Shown here: positions 32,278 to 40,442 of the stretch, piece after piece | Layout of the letters: every line of letters begins with the position of its first letter | How positions within the stretch are numbered: position 1 is the stretch's first letter | Source: Macrostomum lignano | Taxonomy: Eukaryota | Direction: 5' to 3' | Length of the DNA: 40,442 nt | Assembly: GCA_002269645.1 (NCBI GenBank) | Contig: NIVC01004616.1 | Location: 1-40,442 of the forward strand | Position numbers and translations under genes: made by a program | The notes under the pieces: generated by a model | Database searches by the model: none | Told to the model about the DNA's origin: nothing | What the model saw: only the letters and a program-made list of their open reading frames with translations

Positions 32278-32700
32278 CGGCATAGAGACAGTACAGTGAA
32301 GTCCAGTTTTGCAGCCGCCAGCCCATATCACGACAAGTCACACTACTGCGTCAGATATTGTCGGAGAAATATTGTTGTACTTTAATGTATGAATTGGCAT
32401 AATCTGACAAACAGTAATCTCCATATTAGTTGATAACAATGCATAACTCCTCAATAATCGCTAGACTAAATATTTTAAGCAAAGTGCATCTGATTGTGCC
32501 CTCCCTCTATGCAAACTTTTGCATTCCTCTAACTACGAGCGTAATTGTATTTGAAAGTTGCGACTTAAGTATGTCTTGCCAGCTTCACCCAGAAACGTCA
32601 TTGCCACTTCAGATTGTATATTAAATATGCACTTGCGTGGATAGCAATTATCAATTATTAGAGTCTTATAATGCTACTTCTGTTATATTTGATTTGGGGC

Positions 32701-33380
32701 GATGGGGAGAGATAGGGAGAGATGGGGAGAGGAGACATGGGGAGAGATAGGGAGAGATGGGGAGAGAAATGAGGGGAGATGGAAAGAGATGGGGAGAGAT
32801 GGGGAGAGCTGGGGAGAGATGGGGAGAGATGGGGAGAGGAGGGTAGAGATGGGGAGAGATAGGGAGAGATGGGGAGAGATGGGGAGAGAAATGAGGGGAG
32901 ATGGAAAGAGATGGGGAGAGATGGGGAGAGCTGGGGAGAGATGGGGAGAGATGGGGAGAGGAGGGTAGAGATGGGGAGAGAGATGAGGGGAGATGGGGAG
33001 AGATGGGGAGAGAGATGAGGAGAGATGGGTAGAGAATAGGAGAGAGATGAGGGAGAGATGGGGAGAGAGATGAGGGGAGATGGGGAGAGATGGGGAGAGA
33101 GATGAGGGAGAGATGGGGACAGATGGGAGAGAGATGAGGGAGAGATGGGGACAGAGGGGGAGAGAGATGAGGGAGAGATGGGGAAAGAAAAGGGGAGAGA
33201 GAATGGGGGAAAGATGGGGAGAGATGGAGAGAGATGGGGAGAGATGGGAAGAGATGAGGAGAGATGGGAAGAGATGGGGAGAGAGATGGGGAGAGAGATG
33301 GGGAGAGATGGAGAGAGATGGATGGAGAGAGAACGTGAGGGATAAAGAGAATGAGAGAGGCAGATGAGGAAGTAGAGAGG
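32701..33380. repeat. 10-bp polypurine satellite (GATGGGGAGA)n
   Basis: Almost C-free plus strand; degenerate 10-mer. Confidence 0.9.
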
Positions 33381-33854
33381 ATAAATATCTGTGAAAGCTA
33401 GGGTGCATGGCGCAAAGTGCACAGCATATTCCCCAGTCCAGTCAGTGTCACTCGTGTCAGTCCAGCGCACTGCACTGACTGGCAAGCAAGCGGGTAATTT
33501 CTGCCAAAGGATTTGTGAAACCCATTAATGTTTGGCTGCACAGCATTCAACAATGCATCAAAGCGAAGTCTTAACCGCTGCACCTCAGCTTCTGAAGCGC
33601 AGATTTTAGAGTTTGATCTTGCAAAGGTCCAATACTTGACAGCTGTATGGACCAATGCGGTAGTTGTGATTGACTAACTGACTGCCTACTGCTCCTCTGG
33701 GGCTGCAAGTGCCGATTCTACCGTTAAACTTTTGCGTCTTGGCAGCAGTGCCTTTCTATATGCTGAAATATTGGACTGCTTTTACATGCCCCGGTTTTTA
33801 GTAACTTCGGTTTCGTTCATCTCTAACCCCACAAGTTTCACATTCTCTCAAACT

Positions 33855-36555
33855 CTCAAATCTATTCTCTATCATTGCCATCTCTATCATTTCTATTCTC
33901 GTCTCTTTTCTCTATCATTGCTATCTATATCATCTCATCTCTCAACTCTATTCTCTATCATTGCCATCTATATCATCTCATCTCTCAACTCTATTCTCTA
34001 TCATTGCCATCTATATCATCTTATCTCTTAACTCTTTTCTGTATCATTTTTATCTATATCATCTCATCTCTCATCTCTATTCGCTATCATATTGCCATCT
34101 ATATCATCTCATCTCTCATCTCTATTCTCTATCATTGCCATCTATATCATCTTATCTCTTAACTCTTTTCTGTATCATTTTCATCTATTTCATCTCATCT
34201 CTCATCTCTATTCGCTATCATATTGCCATCTATATCATCTCATCTCTCATCTCTATTCTATATCATTGAAATCTATATATCATCTCATCTCTCATCTCTA
34301 TTCTCTATCATTGACATCTATATCATCTCATCTCAACTCTTTTCTGTATCATTTCCATCTAATCATCTTATCTTTCATCTCTATTCTCTATCATTGACAT
34401 CTATATCATCTCATCTCTCATCTGTATTCTCTATCATTGCCATCTATATCATCTCATCTCTCATCTCTATTCTCTATCATTGCCATCTATATCATCTCAT
34501 CTCTTAACTCTTTTCCGTATCATTTTCATCTATATCATCTCATCTCTCATCTCTATTCGCTATCATATTGCCATCTATATCATCTCATCTCTCATCTCTA
34601 TTCTCTATCATTGCCATCTATATCATCTTATCTCTTAACTCTTTTCTGTATCATTTTCATCTATTTCATCTTATCTCTCATCTCTATTCGCTATCATATT
34701 GCCATCTATATCATCTCATCTCCCATCTCTATTCTATATCATTGAAATCTATATATCATCTCATCTCTCATCTCTATTCTCTATCATTGACATCTATATC
34801 ATCTTATCTCAACTCTTTTCTGTATCATTTCCATCTAATCATCTTATCTTTCATCTCTATTCTCTATCATTGACATCTATATCATCTCATCTCTTAACTC
34901 TTTTCCGTATCATTTTCATCTATATCATCTCATCTCTCATCTCTATTCGCTATCATATTGCCATCTATATCATCTCATCTCTCATCTCTATTCTCTATCA
35001 TTGCCATCTATATCATCTTATCTCTTAACTCTTTTCCGTATCATTTTCATCTATATCATCTCATCTCTCATCTCTATTCGCTATCATATTGCCATCTATA
35101 TCATCTCATCTCTCATCTCTATTCTCTATCATTGCCATCTATATCATCTTATCTCTTAACTCTTTTCTGTATCATTTTCATCTATTTCATCTTATCTCTC
35201 ATCTCTATTCGCTATCATATTGCCATCTATATCATCTCATCTCCCATCTCTATTCTATATCATTGAAATCTATATATCATCTCATCTCTCATCTCTATTC
35301 TCTATCATTGACATCTATATCATCTCATCTCAACTCTTTTCTGTATCATTTCCATCTAATCATCTTATCTTTCATCTCTATTCTCTATCATTGACATCTA
35401 TATCATCTCATCTCTCATCTGTATTCTCTATCATTGCCATCTATATCATCTCATCTCTCATCTCTATTCTCTATCATTGCCATCTATATCATCTCATCTC
35501 TCATCTCTATTCTCTATCATTGCCATCTATATCATCTTATCTCTTAACTCTTTTCTGTATCATTTTCATCTATTTCATCTCATCTCTCATCTCTATTCGC
35601 TATCATATTGCCATCTATATCATCTCATCTCTCATCTCTATTCTATATCATTGAAATCTATATATCATCTCATCTCTCATCTCTATTCTCTATCATTGAC
35701 ATCTATATCATCTCATCTCAACTCTTTTCTGTATCATTTCCATCTAATCATTTTATCTTTCATCTCTATTCTCTATCATTGACATCTATATCATCTCATC
35801 TCTCATCTGTATTCTCTATCATTGCCATCTATATCATCTCATCTCTCATCTCTATTCTCTATCATTGCCATCTATATCATCTCATCTCTCATCTCTATTC
35901 TCTATCATTGCCATCTATATCATCTTATCTCTTAACTCTTTTCTGTATCATTTTCATCTATTTCATCTCATCTCTCATCTCTATTCGCTATCATATTGCC
36001 ATCTATATCATCTCATCTCTCATCTCTATTCTATATCATTGAAATCTATATATCATCTCATCTCTCATCTCTATTCTCTATCATTGACATCTATATCATC
36101 TCATCTCAACTCTTTTCTGTATCATTTCCATCTAATCATTTTATCTTTCATCTCTATTCTCTATCATTGACATCTATATCATCTCATCTCTCATCTGTAT
36201 TCTCTATCATTGCCATCTATATCATCTCATCTCTCATCTCTATTCTCTATCATTGCCATCTATATCATCTCATCTCTCATCTCTATTCTCTATCATTGCC
36301 ATCTATATCATATCATCTCTCATATCTTTTCTCTATCATCATTCCTATCTATATCATCTAAACTCTCATCTCTATTCTCCATCATTCCCATCTATATCAT
36401 CTCATCTCTCATCTCTTTTCTCTATCATCATTCCTATCTACATGTATATCATCTCAACTCTCATTTCTATTCTCTATCATTCCTTTCTATATCATGTCAT
36501 CTCTCATCTCTATTCTCTATCATTGCTTTCTATATCATCTCAACTCTCATCTCTG
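33855..36555. repeat. ~43-bp satellite with higher-order repeat structure (~131 and 388 bp)
   Basis: Monomer TCATCTCTATTCTCTATCATTGCCATCTATATCATCTCATCTC (35461 to 35504 = 43 bp); identical ORF starts recur at 131, 388, 476 and 521 bp spacings. Confidence 0.95.
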
Positions 36556-36989
36556 ATCTCTATTAACCAGTCACTGATGTCATCAGTTTATCATGTGTTG
36601 TGAGAACTCTTCAGCGTCCTCAATATTGTCAACGAGTTCATGCAAGCAAAAATTGATACGAGCATGCAGCCAAAAAGTTCGCTAAAAAGGTCTTGCTTGC
36701 TTTTTTAAAGCAGACTGAGAGAAGATGTTCGTATTTTTCTGTGTGAAAAAATTCATTTTTTGGCGTAGCCTGGCACCACAAGATGACTGACCATTGCTGA
36801 GGCCTCCCATCCAGTCTTTCGTGACCACTGATTAGCAACACGAAGTTGCGTGCAACAGCTTGGCAAATTCGATTCTAAGAAACTTGCTGTGAATTCAAGG
36901 ACGTTTTCAAGGTGAATCTGGATTGGAAAACCCTTAAAAATTGGAATATTTTCTTTTAAATCCATTGAACTTTATAGTAACATGTTTAT

Positions 36990-37483
36990 CGATTGTTGAT
37001 GTTGTTGTTGCTTTTGTTCTTGTCGTTTTCGTTGTTTTTGCTGTTTTTATTGTTGTTGTTGCTAATGGTGGCATGGTTATAGTTGCTGTCATTTTTGTTG
37101 TCACTGTTGTTACTGTTGTTGTTGTATTTGTTGTTTCTCTGTTGCTACTTTGTTGTTGTTGTTATTATTTTTGTTGCTTCTTTGTTGTTGTTGTTTTTGT
37201 TGTTGTTGCAGCTGTTTTTTTGTTACTTTAGTTGTGGCTTTTGTTGCTTCTGTTGTTTTTTTGTTGTTGTTTTTGTTGTTGTTGTTGCTATCGCTTTTGT
37301 TGTTTATTTGTTGTTGTTGTTGTTGTTTTTGTTGTTGCTTTTGCTGTTTCTGTTGTTGTTTTGGTTGTTTTTGTTGTTGTTGTTGTTTTTTTGTTTTTAG
37401 ATGATTCTTTCTTGTTGTTGCTGTTGTTTTTGCTTTTGTTGTTGTTTTGGTTGTTTTGGTTGCTGTTGCTATTTTGTTGTTGG
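36990..37483. repeat. Degenerate (GTT)n trinucleotide low-complexity tract
   Basis: G/T-rich run of GTT/GCT/TTT triplets. Confidence 0.9.
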
Positions 37484-37890
37484 TAATTTGACGATGTTAT
37501 AAAAGATATTACTAGTCTGATATAAGCTGATTCCAATTGGCAAGCAGCGGCACACTGTTAAGCTTTTTAGAACACCATGCCGATTGCAGCCAAGACTTGA
37601 AGACTCGAAGCTGAGGGGCAGGCAGGTTCCAAAGCCAACCCGTTTCCATCATATTTCGTTTGGCATAACTTGTTCAGGCATACAGAAAAACAAGGCAATG
37701 TTGTGAACTGGCGGGAGAGCTTCAGAAATTCAGAGCTTCAAGCAGACGGCTGCCTGTCGGGTGCCCCTGTTTTACATGCGCCAAGTTTTTTAATTGGTTC
37801 GCTGTGTCTGCGCCCTCCGCTTCCGACAGACGTGGCCGAGGCTGTCTGCCGAAACCCGGAAAGACAAACTTGACCTGGTAAGACTAATTT

Positions 37891-39472
37891 GAAACCTGAA
37901 TCTGAATCCAAATCTGAATCTGAATCCAAATGTTGAATCTGAATCTGAATCTGAACTTGAATCTGAACCTGAATCTGAATCTGAATCTGAATCTGAATCT
38001 GAATCTGAATCTGAACCTGAATCTGAATCTGAACCTGAATCTGAATCTGAATCTGAACCTGAATCTGAATCTGAACCTGAATCTGAATCTGAATCTGAAT
38101 CTGAACCTGAATCTGAATCTGAACCTGAATCTGAATCTGAATCTGAACCTGAATCTGAATCTGAACCTGAATCCGAATCTGAATCTGAATCCAAATGTTG
38201 AATCTGAATCTGAATCTGAACTTGAATCTGAACCTGAATCTGAATCTGAATCTGAATCTGAATCTGAATCTGAACCTGAATCTGAATCTGAACCTGAATC
38301 TGAATCTGAATCTGAACCTGAATCTGAATCTGAACCTGAATCTGAATCTGAATCTGAATCTGAACCTGAATCTGAATCTGAACCTGAATCTGAATCTGAA
38401 TCTGAATCTGAACTTGAATCTTAATCTGAACCTGAATCTGAATCTGAATCCGAATCTGAATCTGAATCCAAATGTTGAATCTGAATCTGAATCCGAATCT
38501 GAATCTGAATCCAAATGTTGAATCTGAATCTGAATCGGAATCTGAATCTGAACCTGAATCTGAACCTGAATCTGAACCTGAATCTGAATCTGAATCTGAA
38601 TCTGAATCTGAACCTGAATCTGAATCTGAACCTGAATCTGAATCTGAATCTGAACCTGAATCTGAATCTGAACCTGAATCTGAATCTGAATCTGAATCTG
38701 AATCTGAATCTGAATCTGAACCTGAACCTGAACCTGAATCTGAATCTGAACCTGAATCTTAATCTGAACTGAATCTGAATCTGAATCCGAATCTGAATCT
38801 GAATCCAAATGTTGAATCTGAATCTGAATCCGAATCTGAATCTGAATCCAAATGTGAATCTGAATCTGAATCTGAATCTGAATCTGAACCTGAATCTGAA
38901 CCTGAATCTGAATCTGAATCTGAATCTGAATCTGAATCTGAACCTGAACCTGAATCTGAATCTGAATCTGAATCTGAATCTGAACCTGAACCTGAACCTG
39001 AATCTGAACCTGAACCTGAATCTGAATCTGAATCTGAATCTGAATCTGAACCTGAACCTGAATCTGAATCTGAATCTGAATCTGAACCTGAACCTGAACC
39101 TGAATCTGAACCTGAACCTGAATCTGAACCTGAACCTGAATCTGAACCTGAACTGAATCTGAACCTGAACCTGAATCTGAACCTGAATCTGAATCTGAAT
39201 CTGAATCTGAATCTGAACCTGAATCTGAATCTGAATCTGAATCTGAATCTGAACCTGAACCTGAACCTGAACCTGAACCTGAACCTGAATCTGAACCTGA
39301 ATCTGAATCTGAATCTGAATCTGAATCTGAACCTGAATCTGAACCTGAACCTGAATCTGAACCTGAACCTGAATCTGAACCTGAACCTGAACCTGAACCT
39401 GAACCTGAATCTGAACCGGAACCTGAATCTGAACCGGAACCTGAATCTGAATCTGAATCTTAATCTGATTCC
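37891..39472. repeat. Hexamer satellite (GAATCT/GAACCT)n punctuated by CCAAATGTT landmarks
   Basis: About 1.6 kb; the source of the NL, ES, QI, SD and RF dipeptide ORFs. Confidence 0.97.
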
Positions 39473-40139
39473 AAAATGGAAGACAAAGAAATGTTCCATA
39501 AGCTGGCCATTTAAAAGTTGCCTGTTCAGAGTCCAGTCTTTTTTCCTAATAGCATTTTACAACCGGGTCTGGACGCAAGTCCGCCGACACAGGGACTAGA
39601 CAGAATCTACTGACTACGACAAGAGGTATTTAATAATTAATGATCATACGTCAAATCAGATGGATAGCCATAAACCTAATAAGCCACCATTGTGTTAACT
39701 GGATTCCTTTGAATATTAAATCAGTGTGCTGCAGTGCATTCAGTGAGATTTCCTACCCGGAGATAAAAAAACCGCTCAGGCATGAAGACTCTGCTGGATT
39801 GTGGAATTTTTAGTGCGTGAACTTTGCCTCTGTCATACCGCAGTTCAAAGTATTTTCATTTAACAAAGTTCAGTTTGTTTACGTTTGGTTCATCCTACCC
39901 TGGGGGATAAGTTTGTTTTATTTCTTTTTAAAGCATTTTCTATGAATTCATTAAAAATGGAAAATTTTGAATTTTCTTAATAAAGTCAGTAGCATTAGGT
40001 TTGCGGATATATCTGATAATTTAGTGCCAATGTAACCAATAACATGGGCTCCGATAAAAGAGAGGGTAGACAGGGGGTAGAAGAAAGGTGAGGAGGTAGA
40101 GAGAAGAGGAGAGGTAGTGAGTGGAGGGGGAGAGGATAG

Positions 40140-40442
40140 AGAGGGGTAGAGGGAGAGAGTAGAGAGGGTAGAGAGGGTAGAGAGGTAGAGAGTGTAGAGA
40201 GGGTAGAGGTGTAGAGAGTAGAGAGGGTAGAGAGGGTAGAGAGGGTAGAGAGGGTAGAGAGGGTAGAGAGGGTAGAGAGGTAGAGAGGTAGAGAGGGTAG
40301 AGAGGGTGAGAGGGTAGAGAGGTAGAGAGGGTAGAGAGGGTAGAGAGGGTAGAGAGGGTAGAGAGGTAGAGAGGGTAGAGAGAGGTAAGAGAGGGTAGAG
40401 GGTAGAGGGAGGGGGTAGAGAGGGTAGAGAGGTAGAGAGGGT
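40140..40442. repeat. 9-bp polypurine satellite (GAGAGGGTA)n, runs off the window end
   Basis: Degenerate 8-9-mer, C-free plus strand. Confidence 0.9.

Noticed and set aside
33390-33530. Minus-strand DWTGEYAVHFAPCT resembles a FREM2/ECM3 motif
   Set aside because: Bounded by a stop ~45 codons upstream and by satellite downstream, and partly built from short ACTG repeats; likely chance.
33732-36603. Series of hydrophobic ~100-140 aa ORFs (MPSISSHLSS...)
   Set aside because: Translations of the 43-bp satellite starting at TTG, repeated with HOR periodicity; not genes.
36941-37536. Very hydrophobic V/L/F/C-rich ORFs and an N/K/T-rich antisense ORF
   Set aside because: Products of the (GTT)n tract.
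37738-39499. Long Ser-Asp / Gln-Ile / Arg-Phe / Asn-Leu ORFs resembling staphylococcal SD-repeat adhesins
   Set aside because: All six frames are open because the DNA is a stop-free hexamer satellite. There is no signal peptide, LPXTG or non-repeat domain, and the context is eukaryotic.

Overview
Eukaryotic (invertebrate animal) genomic DNA with GT-AG introns, GC-rich exons and introns and intergenic DNA packed with mini- and microsatellites, roughly a quarter of the window. The style would fit a free-living flatworm such as Macrostomum, but that is inference only. I can reconstruct four + strand genes. (1) A 5-exon TRAF-family RING/zinc-finger/MATH adaptor, 1849-5143, 543 aa. (2) A giant ~15-exon single-pass receptor, 9984-23943, ~2,880 aa by my exon model: signal peptide, Cys-rich ectodomain, IPT/TIG-like and REJ-like modules, a furin-type RRRR site, a variant GPS motif, a Thr-rich stalk, a SEA-like domain, one TM helix and a short tail. 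(3) A small secreted-peptide precursor, 27814-29149, 109 aa. Its ATG is split by an intron (AT|G) and its main exon sits between two oppositely oriented arrays of one 14-bp repeat. (4) A single-exon, acidic, type III single-pass membrane protein, 31443-32108. Decayed mobile elements lie on the - strand: a Ty3/gypsy protease-RT fragment joined to a Polinton/Maverick PLA2-integrase fragment inside intron 2 of the receptor gene, and a LINE endonuclease-RT remnant at ~24.9-26.3 kb. A MITE-like element with terminal inverted repeats lies at 8385-8764. The last 8 kb is mostly satellite DNA, two arrays of which show higher-order structure. All domain calls are motif recognition by eye; no searches were run.
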